This document shows, one piece after another, positions 26,186-37,975 of a stretch of DNA of 64,000 nucleotides (positions are counted from its first letter, which is position 1; every line of letters begins with the position of its first letter). This DNA is from Octopus sinensis (lineage: Eukaryota). Made by a program: the position numbers and the translations under genes. The stretch covers positions 162,626,001 to 162,690,000 of the forward strand of contig NC_042999.1 of the NCBI RefSeq assembly GCF_006345805.1, written 5' to 3'. The notes under the pieces are model-generated. The model was not told the DNA's origin. It ran no database searches and saw only the letters and a list, made by a program, of their open reading frames with translations.

Positions 26186-26594
26186 TATTTCTTTACTACC
26201 CACAAGGGGCTAAACATAGAGGGGACAAACAAGGACAGACAAACGGATTCAGTCGAGTTTATCGACCCCAGTGCATAACTGGTACTTAATTTATCGACCC
26301 CGAAAGGATGAAAGGCAAAGTCGACCTCGGCGGAATTTGAACTCAAAACGTCGTGACAGACGAAATACCTATTTCTTTATTACCCACAAGGAGCTAAACA
26401 CAGAGGGGACAAACAAGGACAGACATAGGTATTAAGTCGATTACATCAACCCCAGGGCGTAACTGGTACTTAATTTATCGACCCCGAAAGGATGAAAGGC
26501 AAAGTCGACCTCGGCGGAATTTGAACTCAGAACGTCGTGACAGACGAAATACCGCTAAGCATTTCGCCCGGCGTGCTAACGTTTCTGCCAGCTC
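26186..26594 (-). mobile_element. Tandem SINE family B dimer inserted in the Gypsy 3' LTR
   Basis: TSD GCATATA at 26179-26185 and 26595-26601; the 5' LTR has a single GCATATA at the matching site. Confidence 0.9.
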
Positions 26595-27065
26595 GCATAT
26601 AAAGAGCCCGACTGAGAGGACTTTTCCCTTTTTGCTAGGACTGCTATCTCTCTTTCTTTGCATCAGTGCCTTACACGTGGTGACGAGATCACTCTTTCAT
26701 AGTAGGTACTTCCTGACGAGATATTCGCTCGCTCTGGTTTTTGCTTAAACTGTACATGCCAGAATGCCATAACATCTTGCGACGAATCTCCATCAAAATA
26801 AAAATCGTTACAGCTATATTTAGTGAGTGTTCATTCCTCATTTACACGCAGCCCACACCTAGACAGCACTTCACCAACCTAACCATGAAAACACCCGTAC
26901 ACCCACTAAAAATTCGGAATTTGGAGGCATGAAACGACGAATGTAGTGTCAGTCAATGAATCACACTTTTTGATAAAAATAAAAGCTGCAAAATTATTAA
27001 TTCTACCAATGTGAAGGCAATAAACTGAATTCACGAATTCACCCAGTGTTTGACATTTTATTGAG

Positions 27066-27435
27066 TGGAAGCACTCCGTCGGTTACGACGACGAGGGTTC
27101 CGGTTGATCCGAATCAACGGAACAGCCTGCTCGTGAAATTAAGGTGTAAGTGGCTGAGCACTCCACAGACAAGTGTACCCTTAACGTAGTTCTCGGGGAT
27201 ATTCAGCGTGACACAGAGAGTGACAAGGCCGGCCCTTTGAAATACAGGTACAACAGAAACGGGAAGTAAGAGTGAGAGAAAGTTGTGGTGAAAGAGTACA
27301 GCAGGGATCACCACCATCCCCTGCCGGAGCCTCGTGGAGCTTTTATGTGTTTTAGCTCAATAAACACTCACAACACCCGGTCTGGGAATCGAAACCGCGA
27401 GTCCGCTGCCCTAACCACTGGGCCATTGCGCCTCC
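27066..27435 (-). mobile_element. SINE family C
   Basis: Matches 4561-4931; a partial head repeat lies at about 27500-27540. Confidence 0.88.
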
Positions 27436-27628
27436 ACCAACCATGTATTCTACCACTTTACAGATAGTGTAGGTAATTTGCATAACAGGAATATACATGG
27501 AATCAAAACCCGCGAGTCCGCTGCCCTAACCACTGGGCCTCCACACATTTTATTGAAGAAGAAGGGTGAAAGGCAAAGTCAAATCAAAGTAAATACAAAA
27601 AAAAACTCAGGTGGTCTATAATATTTAC

Positions 27629-27804
27629 CTGCAAAGTTTGTCCCGACCAGAAGTCTTGGAGACAAACTGGATGTAATGGTCAGTGAGTTCTTTGACGGGG
27701 CCCATTTGTGCAGGTAAAGCGCTGATGTTGTTACTCGGACGTTGATCAATGACAGCCACGATCTCTAAGGCGCCCAGGTATTCGTTATTGTTTGTGTCTC
27801 CCAT
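27629..27804 (-). CDS. PEX11: PEX11 (peroxisomal membrane protein 11, PEX11B-like) coding exon 1
   Basis: Minus strand reads MGDTNNNEYLGALEIVAVIDQRPSNNISALPAQ-MGPVKELTDHYIQFVSKTSGRDKLC-R, followed by a GTAAAT donor. GRDKLxR is the PEX11 N-terminal signature. A second in-frame ATG is at 27705. Phase 2 joins exon 2. Confidence 0.9.
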
Positions 27805-28127
27805 GTCACCTGTGGTAACGTTGACACTTCATAAAAAGCTCAATACCTTAGTTACCCTCAACAACAACTTGTTTTATGAATAAAGCATTACAAACGATAC
27901 ATTTCCTGGCAAAGGACGACCAACGAATGGCAAAATCTCGTCTATTCTCGTTTATGTTTTCTCATTCTCTTTTATTCCTCCTCTCTTGTCATCCCTTTTT
28001 TTTTTTCCTACTCTGTCTTTCGATTTTCCTTTATTCTCTTCTCACAATATATTTATTGCCGCTTTCTCTTAGTCTCTTTCGCTCTCATTACTTCAAAAGT
28101 TCCCACAAGCCCATATGTAAAAAAAAA

Positions 28128-28561
28128 GGCGATCTTTCGTCTCTAGTAGACCTTTCCGTCGATTTGCGTAAAAAACTTTTTTTTTTTTACATATGGGCTT
28201 GCGGGAACTTTTGAAGTAATGAGAGCGAAAGAGACTAAGAGAAAGCGATTGTATGACGAGGGAAGTTCTTTTGAAGTTACCGTCCAGGGGAAGCATTGAT
28301 GTACATGTGTGTGTGTGTGTGTGTGTGTGTTTGATGGGGTGTGGGAGACAGACAGTATGTTGTGTACGTGAAGTGCTTCTGTTAGTGTGTGTGAAGAGAC
28401 AGAGTAATGTGTGAAAGAAAGAGATAACTGAAATTTTTTACTCGGTGTATGTGTATATGTATGTATATTACTTCAAAAGTTCCCGCAAGCCCATATGTAA
28501 AAAAAAAGAAAGTTTTTTTACGGAAATCGACGGAAAGGTCTACTAGAGACGAAAGATCGCC
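28128..28561. mobile_element. GG-ended MITE with about 90-bp TIRs
   Basis: GGCGATCTTTCGTCTCTAGTAGACC ... GGTCTACTAGAGACGAAAGATCGCC. Confidence 0.85.
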
Positions 28562-29147
28562 TTATTTTCTTACTCACTTGCTCTTACTCTCTCCTACCCT
28601 GTCTCTAATGTTATTTCTAAAATCACTAAGCGATGAGAGTGACATCTGTAATGTCGAACAAAATGTCTTGCAATATCTAAAGTGGCCGGCTGACAGAATC
28701 GTTAGCATACCTGGTGAGGGGCGTAGCAGCATTTCGCATTGAAATTCCGCCTTTCATCCTGTTAGGGTCGCTAAAACAATTACTGGATCTTTTCCTTTTG
28801 ATGGACGGAATTTTCTAGTTAACTAAACAATTTGAAACTTCGTATACTGGTAGAATGTGTCAAAAGAAAACATTATTGTAAACAAAATTGAAATTTGTAA
28901 GTTTAACGTAGTTTAATTCTTCGAGTTGAACACTGGAGTTGATGTAATCGACTTTCCCCTTCCCCAAAATTGCCGGCCTTGTGAGAAAATTTGAAACCAA
29001 TGTTTATTATGATTCTTTAAGTAATATAAGTGTGTAGCGGAAATGTTCAGCAGCCAGATCACTACACCTGATGTCACGATTTCGCTAAAATATTAGGGGC
29101 TAATGTGGAATGGCACCTCACCTTGGAAAATGCATTTTTCTGAAAAG

Positions 29148-30695
29148 AGATCTTTACCCTTTGAACGGCAGATCGAGAAATTAATTTTTTGTATCTAAAC
29201 ACTTTCAAACTTCAGACAATGGAAGAATGTGTCATATAAAACATCTTTTACTCTTAGTATTGTTGAGAAAAGTTTATATTTTCAAAGTTATTTCGCGTTA
29301 AAGTTGTCATATTTCAGTAATTTCAACCAATCAATGACGTGTATTCAAGTGAATAAAATTACTGCTGTTGTTTGTCTACTACAACTTCCGGCGGTGTATA
29401 TTTCATTTGTCACTGTTATTTATGACATATTTCATCTCAGTTACGTTTGCATGAATAAACGAGGGATCTTTTCGGTTTGAAAGGCATTTTTAAAAATAAT
29501 TTCTATGTAACTAAAAAATTTTAAACTTCGTATACTGGTAGAATGTGTTTATAAAACATCTTTTCCTCTTAGCTTTCTTGAGAAAATTCTATAGTTTGTA
29601 AGATATTTGGTTTTTAATTTCTTGCATTTCCGCAATTTCAACCAATCAATGACGTCTATTGAGGTGAAAACGATTTCTACCGTAACATTTTATGACGGCA
29701 TCATATGAAAGTGTCCCTGTTTTTTGAGAAAAAAGATACCCTGTGACCATAAACTGAGGGGTCACTCGTAAACAGAGCTGGATAACAAAGTCGTTCCCTC
29801 TTTAGTGTTCACCCATAATTATGACCCTAGTATCGATCTATTGCATTTCAATCTGCGTTAGGGTTAGGGGTGGGGGGAAGAGTATCTTTTTTCTTCAGAA
29901 ATGTAAATAAACCCAATCTGTTTCTTAAACGAGGGACATTTTCATATTTCACTGCCAGAAGATTTTATGGCAGATAATGTTTCCACCTCAATAGACATCA
30001 TTGATTGGTTGAAATTACCAAAATTGAAGAAAATATCTTACAAACTACAGAATTTTCTCAAGAAAGCCAAGAGGAAAAGATGTTTTATAAACACATTCTA
30101 CCAGTATACGAAGTTTAAAAGTGTTTAGTTACATAGAAATTATTTTTAAAAACTGCCGTTCAAACCGAAAAGATCCTAAATGAGTGTATCTGAAGCATGT
30201 TTACTTCATGACACCACCACAATCGTTCGTGCATTTCTACTGCTTTTGTTTTTTTTTTTTCCTGTTTTCAGCTACTATTTTCGGAAAGACTTTTGCGCCC
30301 CCCCTCCCCCTCCAATTTCTTTTTCACTTTTTTTTGTAACTCTAACCCTAAAATCCCAACCCTAATCCTAAAACCCTAACCCTAAAGCTAAAACCAGTAC
30401 AAATGCATGAACGATGTCATAAATAACAGTGACAAACGAAATATACACCGCCGATAGTTGTTGTTGATAAACAACGGCAGTAATTTTATTCAGCTGAATA
30501 TATGTCATTGATTGGTTGAAATTACCGAAATACGACAACTTTAACACGAAATAACTTTGAAAATATAAACTTTTCTCAACAACACTAAGAGTAAAAGATG
30601 TTTTATATGACACATTCTACCAATGTCTGAAGTTTGAAAGTGTTTAGTTACAAAAAATTAATTTCTCGATCTGCCATTCAAAGGGAAAAAGATCC
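29148..30695. mobile_element. Middle MITE with about 280-bp TIRs, 8-bp TSD
   Basis: AGATCTTTACCCTTTGAACGGCAG ... CTGCCATTCAAAGGGAAAAAGATCC; TSD CTGAAAAG / CCGAAAAG. Confidence 0.88.
29464..30176. mobile_element. Inner MITE with about 210-bp TIRs, 8-bp TSD
   Basis: GGATCTTTTCGGTTTGAA ... TTCAAACCGAAAAGATCC; TSD TAAACGAG / TAAATGAG. Confidence 0.9.
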
Positions 30696-31472
30696 CCGAA
30701 AAGGTTTGTTCGAATTCCTAGGTTTTACATGTTGGGGATTACGAATATGTAAAAAAAAATTCAAAATTTAACACCCCCAACCCAATTTTAAATGTATATT
30801 AAAGTGGAAATTTCATTAACATGGAAAACTACGAAGATTTTAACATCAATATCGAAACAACAATTTCTACAGTTTCTACATAGAAAGTGAACTTTACATA
30901 CCTGCTTTAATGAAATTTCCACACTTGAATATACAACAATACTTTGAAAATTGGGTGAGGATTTAAAACTTATTTTTTTATTTTTGCATATTTGTAATCT
31001 CCGACATGTAAAATGCAGGAATCCAAATGAACTTTTTCAGAAAAATGCATTTTTCAAGGTGAGGTGCGATTCTACATTAGCCTCAAATATTACCCACAAG
31101 GTAAAAAAATTCTAACCTATCACAACTTCTCCTAGAACTGGTTCCAGCAACAATCCCATCCTTTCATGCCTGTCTTAGCCCATCAAGCACTATAAATTCA
31201 GCACAGTTTGACAACTTCACAGAGAGCACTGAGGAATGGCAGATAGACAGTGAACAGATGTGGACCACTGATGACTTAAACAGACAGCGGCTAAACAATG
31301 ACGAATGATGACTGCTATTACAATCACACCAAGAACAATAGTATTCAAACTTTCTTGATGTTTTGTCATTTGTAGTAATGACAATATTTGCTTTTTGTTT
31401 ACAGGAAGAATAAAAAATTTGGTTTATCATAAATCTTAGAGATTTAGTTGTCATCTTCATAACAGTGGTAAT

Positions 31473-34383
31473 CAGTGTTGCCAACTTAAAATCAGAATTT
31501 TATGCTAAATTTCAGTAGAAAAAATACCCAAAAATGCTAGATATGACAGAAAAATGCTAAAGACTAACTATATCAAAAAAGCTCAATTCTTATTTACATT
31601 TTCATCTACTTTGTTTAATTATATTCAGCATTGAGAAATTCTTGAATTTCACTGGTTTGATCACTTTCAGCTGCAGTGCCTAGGTCTTGACTTCTGTATA
31701 CATTCAAGGTCTCAATCTTGTTAATTACATGTTTTGCAACATTTGCCATCTCTTTTCAGACCATATTTTATAGACAGTATTCATCTAAGCATAGGAAGAT
31801 GCATTTTGTTTTTCAGTTTTGATTTGATTACACCCATACCACTGAACAACTGTTCAACTTCTGCATTTGAATTTGACAATGTCAATAGATTAATGGCAAA
31901 ATTTGCTACATCTCTAAAAGTAGCATCTTTATATTCCAAGACTTCCTGCTAGAATGCCTCAGTATTAGACATATTTGTCCATTTAACTAAATGAATGCTA
32001 TTAAACTGAATTTCAATTGAAGCAATTTTTTCTTCATTTAAATGCATTTCTTCTAAGACAGGTAAAATTGGCTCTTTGAAATGCTGTAAAATATTCTCTA
32101 CTAAAAAACATTTTACATTCCTCAGTATATTAATATTTTCTGGCAAGCAGTACTTGAGCTCTTTATAAAGGAGAGTAAGAATTGTTGTGCTCTTTTGCAA
32201 ATATTATTTTCTTCGGTGGCTGTTACAGTCTTCTTGATAATCATTTCTGCTATCTTTCTCTCGAACCTGTAGCCTAAATTTGGTTTAGGATCCAGAAAAT
32301 TTTCAATAGAAGCATCCAGATCAATTCTACATGTTGGCAACACTATCATATTAGCAACAGATTTGATCAAATTTGAAAGATCTTCAAGTAATTTTGTTTT
32401 GTCGACAGTGTTTGATTCAAACAGTTCATTCACTTCCTGAACATGTTTTAAAATTGTATGCAAAAATAATTCCTAGAATCACAAAACATTTTATGTAACG
32501 TTTGTGCTGTAAAGCATTTTTCTTTTGTAGTTGTAGTTTGGAAGTGAGTTTGAAATTCAAACCATTGGCTTAAAATTCTATTTACCACTGGTTCTATTGA
32601 CAGCCACCTAGTTGTACAAGAATTTGTGATCTTCAAAGGCTCTTTATCATTGATAGCAAGGTAAAGTTTTTTGTAGGCACTTTGTCTTGTGGAAGAATGA
32701 GAGGACCATTTAAAGGTTTCGGATACTAAAAATTCTAAATTTATGGGCAAGCAATCAACACAAGTGTGGGATAAATGGCAAACACCATTGTTGACTTATT
32801 CTAGCATTGTCAGTTCCTATAGCCAGTAAATTTTTAAAATCTAATTTCTTTTTCACTAATTCAATTTTTAAGGCATCTACAAAACTATCTGCATCACGTT
32901 TCTAAATATACTGAGATGTGTATGTACCACTTTTTTGTGAGTGTCACTATAATATATGATAACAATTCCTAACAACTTCTTTATTGATGTATCATTGGAT
33001 TCCTCTTGTAACAGGCTAAATTTTCTGTCTCCAATATCAGAAATCAAATCTCCATCAAAATATGGAGCTAGAACATTTCTCACAATATTTGCACATTTTG
33101 TACGATGCAACTTCACTTTGGATATAATATCACTATCAGACATATAATTCTTACATAACTCTATTAACTGATCACAGCTATTAAAGATGAGTGGCAACAA
33201 ATAAACATTGCCAAATTTGCTTCAAGAATAGATGTCTTATCATTTTTGGTTTTAATAAAATTGGTAAGCAGAATCATTTGCTGTGGAGTTGATGCCTTAT
33301 GTTTCTTTGCTTCACAGTAGCGTACTAAAAGAGAATATTTTGCCAACCTATTACATCCACAATATCTGCAATGTGCTTTAGGTTGGTCACTAGGTACTTC
33401 ACACAACCACTTAGTAAACACTAGCATCATAAGCCATTCCTTTTGGAATTTTTGCTGGTGTAACTTTTTTTTTCTTTGCTCATTATAATGTAGTGGGAAG
33501 CAAGAAAATAATTTGAATTATTAATAAAAATATAAAACTGGAAACACAACTTAACAGTTTGCTGCTAACAATTCTTTCATTCATCATTAACAGTTCTTAT
33601 GTTTGCTGCTTACAAAGTCTTGAGGTGAAGAATACTGATTTTGGATGCAGGGTGACCAACGTATAAATGGAAAAGTAAAATCTGCAGAAATCCTAAAACT
33701 GTGTTTTGATATAAACCTGGGAACATCAGATTTCGCTTCCAATCTTACATTTAATATCTATTGGTAAAACCACAAATATAACTACAAAACTTGAAAAAAA
33801 AAAAAGTAAGTAGAAATATAAAGGGGGAGACCCTGCCACCCCTGTACTTCTATACAAGATGTATAATCCAAAACAAGCATGAAAAAATACAGGTCTATTT
33901 TAAAACAGTCGAACTGAAAGTAAATCAGTCAACCTGTCCTGCTAAAAACTCATCACTACAGAATAAAGCATTGTTAGGACGAATTTCCATGCTTTCGCTC
34001 TCTGCAACATATTTACATTATTGTGTAGAGTTCAGGTGCTGACATGAGTTATCTTCTCTTCCTCCTCCCACCAGCATCACTCTGCATCCAATCCGATGGT
34101 GAGGGGGAGGGGCTTGAAAAGTTCATAACTTGATAAACTTTTATTTGAAGTTTCAAGAAAGTGAAAGTAAAATTCAACAATAGCCGATAGTACTAAAATT
34201 TAGCTATAAGATATGTTAACGAAAGTAGAAAAGGAGGAAAAAGAAGAAAAAAAAGTAACTATAGTGGAAATGTCATGATCAGAGAAAAATGCTAAATAAA
34301 ATTTTGAACCTGCTATTTTCCCTGCTAAATGCTGAAAAAAAAATGCTAGATCTAGCATAAAATATGCTAAATTGGCAACCCTG
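31473..34383 (-). mobile_element. hAT DNA transposon, ends intact, transposase pseudogenised (about 33483 to 31620)
   Basis: TIRs CAGTGTTGCCAA / TTGGCAACCCTG; perfect TSD GTGGTAAT; zinc finger AHCRYCGC, FSLL.EESNDTS and TRWLS motifs spread over frameshifted ORFs. Confidence 0.93.
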
Positions 34384-34754
34384 GTGGTAATCCCAAAGCA
34401 AGAATATGACACAGCCTAGAAACAATTCACCAGTGATTCCATATAGGTAAACTGCCACTACACGGCTCACTGCCAAGAACTATAGTATTCTCTTATTAAT
34501 TCTTTTCTATAATAGTAAATATTAGGTAAAAATATAGGGACCTTATTTTGAACTGAGTATGCAATCATGGTGCAGTATTGAATGATGTTGTCTTTACTTA
34601 GTATAAAATCATGCATTATGATTGTCAGGCAGCCATGATCAATGGTTTAGATGGTAAGCAGAACAAGTTTGAATAAAAGCCTTCTTTTGAGTTGGTTTAC
34701 AACACTTACCAACACCCTGTGAGTTCACATGAACAATGCCAACATGAACTAAAA

Positions 34755-35918
34755 GTTGGAGGGGGACGGGATCAACTACCTGCTTCAACTTGCTATAAAA
34801 GCACTTATTCTTAGTGCAAGTTTTGAAGAGTACAGTTCGATTTTAACAGTTACTTTTTCAAAGTAATGGAAGTAAGAAAGGAGCATATTTTGCTTTATGA
34901 GTTCAATAAAGGCAACAACACAATGGAAAGGGCAAGGAATATTAAGGCAGTATATGGGGATCAGGCAGTAAGTGTAAGCCAGTGGCTCCAGAAATTCCAA
35001 GCCAGAACCTACAGCCTACAAGACAAGCCTTGTCCTGGAAGATCTGTGGAGCTTGATGAGGACGTCCTGCAAACCCTGTTGGAACAAAGTTTCATTGTAA
35101 CTGTTGAGGAACTAGCAGAAAAGCTTGGATTTGGTCATTCAACCATTCATTGGCACATGCGTGCCATTGCAAAAGTCAGCAAATTGGGTCAATGGGTTCC
35201 TCACAAACTTTGTGAGTCTAATTGCGTGCAGAGAGTGAATGTGTGCTCTTCTTTGCTGTCACCTCTCATGAATGAACCTTTTTGAACCGAATAGTGACTG
35301 GTGACAAGAAATGGGTTCTCTGTAAAAATGTCAAGCGCTGAAGACAGTGGGTAGGGAAAAGAGAAAGACCAGCACCCCAAGCTAAAGAAGGTTTTCACCC
35401 ACATAAGGTGTTATCTGTTTGGTGGGATATGAAAGGTTAATCCACTTAGAACTTTTAAACCCAAACCAAACGATAACAAAGGCAATTTACTGTGGCTTAA
35501 TCAGCACTAGAAGAAAAACGACCATCTTTGGTTTCGAGATGAAAGGTGTTCTTCCATCAGGATAATGCTTGGCCACACAGTGAGGATAACATTCCAAAGG
35601 CTGGAGCAGTTTGAATGGGAAACGATACCCCACCCACCATATTCGCCAGACATTGTCCTATCTGATTATCATTTATTCTGCAGTCTTCAAAATCATTTGG
35701 ATGGAAAAAGCAAGGTCAGAACAGTACTGGAGGAGTATTTTGCATCACAGACAAGTGAATTTTGGAAGAGAAGCCTTGCTAGCCTGCCAGATAGATGGAA
35801 GAGCATTGTAGAAAATGAAAGAGAGTAGATTTTAGATTAAAAAAGAACTTGGTTTATTTTAATTTTGAAAAATAAAAGAAGGATAAAAAAAAAGACATTA
35901 TTTATGGAATGATCCAAT
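34755..35918 (+). mobile_element. mariner transposon relic
   Basis: GQWVPHKL (WVPHEL), IVTGDKKW, HPPYSPDI..SDYHLF motifs, with stops and frameshifts. 3' TIR-like ...ATTTATGGAATGATCCAATA; no matching 5' TIR seen. Confidence 0.9.
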
Positions 35919-37619
35919 AATTTCTGAACCAACTTTCTTTGTCTCAAGAACATTGTTTAATCTCTAATCCAGCTTCATCTTAAGAATTACTTCACCTATT
36001 TTCAAAATTTGTATTGTATGAACATTAAACATATCATTGGCAAAGTCTAATACAGACATTTCTTAAGAAGGTCATTTTTTAATGCATCAAATGAAAAAGG
36101 AATTTCAGTTATAAATTCAATTATAAATCTAAATTAAGCACTACTTTAAAAATGTAAAAGTTTCTTTAATTATAAAAAAAAGCAATAATTAGGATAATAC
36201 TTTTTCTATATTTCTGAGGTGAGTAATTATGTACATCATTTACAATGTACAGATAGGTATCCTCACCTTGTTTGTTGTACATCAGCTGAAAAATTGTGAT
36301 AACAACAAACAAGGTGAGGACACCTGTGCAATAAATTGAAATTTAGTAATGTTCAGTAACATTTTAGTGTTTTTACTGATAGTGCAATGGAGTGGATTGA
36401 AAGAAAAGCTAGAGCAAAAAAATAAAATATCTTTTAGACCAGAATTTGCCATATGTATAAAGATTATTCTTCATATTAAAGGGGTAATTTTAAAATTCAT
36501 TGATTTACAACATCAAGTATGCTAGCATCCGTTTTACTGAAATATATTTAGTTCAATGCTCTTCCATTTAAGATACTCCACAATCTTCTGCTGTATAAAA
36601 TGATAAGTCACAATAAAGCTATGAATTCAAAGTTTATTTCAGCAGTATGTAACTTTCTGAGCAAACCAAATAAGTTTGACAGAGTAATGGGGAAGTGGTA
36701 AAACTATAGACTGCTGGATTAAATGCACTGCAACATTTAATTTTGTCCCTCTATGTACTGAGTTCAAACCTCATGAGGACTAGCTAAAACAAGTAGCAGT
36801 TAATTCAGTTGATCCTCTAGCTCTGCACTGCTATACCACAATAATGAGTTAATTTATTAGCTCAAGACTGAAAACTTTGGGAAAAGAATGTAGTTAACTC
36901 ATTCTTTCCTAATTCATGACTAGTTTTATCAAACCTAGTGAGAATTGAAGTTAACATAGAGAGACAGTGCCAAAGGCTGTAGTTTCAAGCTCTAATAGTG
37001 TTGCTACTTGACCACCTGGAGAGGTGGCTGCGTATTGGAAATATGTGTTTTTTGCAAGGGTCAGAAGTGAAAGGTGTTAACCAGGAACCTGCATTATGGA
37101 TTTTCCATCACTTCATGCTCTATATATTTATACCACAATCACAACAACAGTACTACTAATCAGTCTTAACACTAAGCAGATGGTCACACATTTTGGAAAA
37201 GAGTATATTTACTGAGGGAATATGAAGTAAAAGGGCAAGTAAATCCCTGAAAAATTTGAATTCAGAACATAGGGAGAAAATTAAATACTATATGTTTCAT
37301 CTAGCAGTTTATTGTTTCTATCACTTCACTAACAAGCCAACAAGGAAATCCTTGCATGGTTACTTGGCCTGCTAGAAATAGAGGCCAAATCTTTCTCAAA
37401 TCATACCCTACCATCTTAAAAAAGGAAGAACACATTGATTACTGTAGTCTTAAATATACTACCTAAATAAAGACATAATGGTTATGACTGGAATGCCTTT
37501 ATAATAAAAAATAATAATGAAATTATTTTATACAGTGCTCAGGTGCACCACAACTTTGATCATTCAGATCTCACCTAGAGCTAAAAATATAGTAATAAAA
37601 TTATTAATAATTGTTTTGA

Positions 37620-37975
37620 ACATAGACAAAAAAGCAGAAATTTGGAGAAGGGGAATGGTTGATTATATTGATCCCAGTCCTTGACTGGTTCTTTATTTAT
37701 TGGCTCTGAAAGAATGAAAAGCAAAATAGTTCTGGCAAAATTTGAAATCAGAACATAATAATGATTTCAAACTTTGGCACAAGGCCAGCAATTTCAGGAA
37801 AGGGGCTAAGTCAATGAAATCGACCCCAGTGTTCAACTGGTACTTATTTTATCAACCCTGAAAGGATAAAAGGTGAAGTTGACCCTGGAAGCCTTTGAAC
37901 CCAGAATGTGAAGATAGATGAAATCCCACAAGGCATTTTGCCCAGCATTCTAATGATTCTGCCAGCTCACAACTT
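37620..37975 (-). mobile_element. Two diverged SINE family B copies
   Basis: Plus-strand core AACTGGTACTTATTTTATCAACCCTGAAAGGAT. Confidence 0.7.

Larger units (their letters stand above)
22158..26908 (+). mobile_element. Gypsy LTR retrotransposon, RT deleted; LTRs at about 22158-22632 and 26049-26908
   Basis: Two homologous TGTAGC-starting LTRs; PBS TGGTGAACCCAATGT after the 5' LTR; RNase H (FTIYTDHK...HVPGKENIAADA); integrase Zn finger and core (HIHI...DHFSRWPE); C-terminal TRSRRKVHWP. Confidence 0.88.
29096..31084. mobile_element. Outer foldback MITE (about 440 bp without inserts), 8-bp TSD
   Basis: GGGGCTAATGTGGAAT ... ATTCTACATTAGCCTC; TSD AAATATTA on both sides. Confidence 0.88.

Noticed and set aside
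30337-30392. True telomere or chromosome fusion site
   Set aside because: Short, degenerate and enclosed within MITE TIRs.
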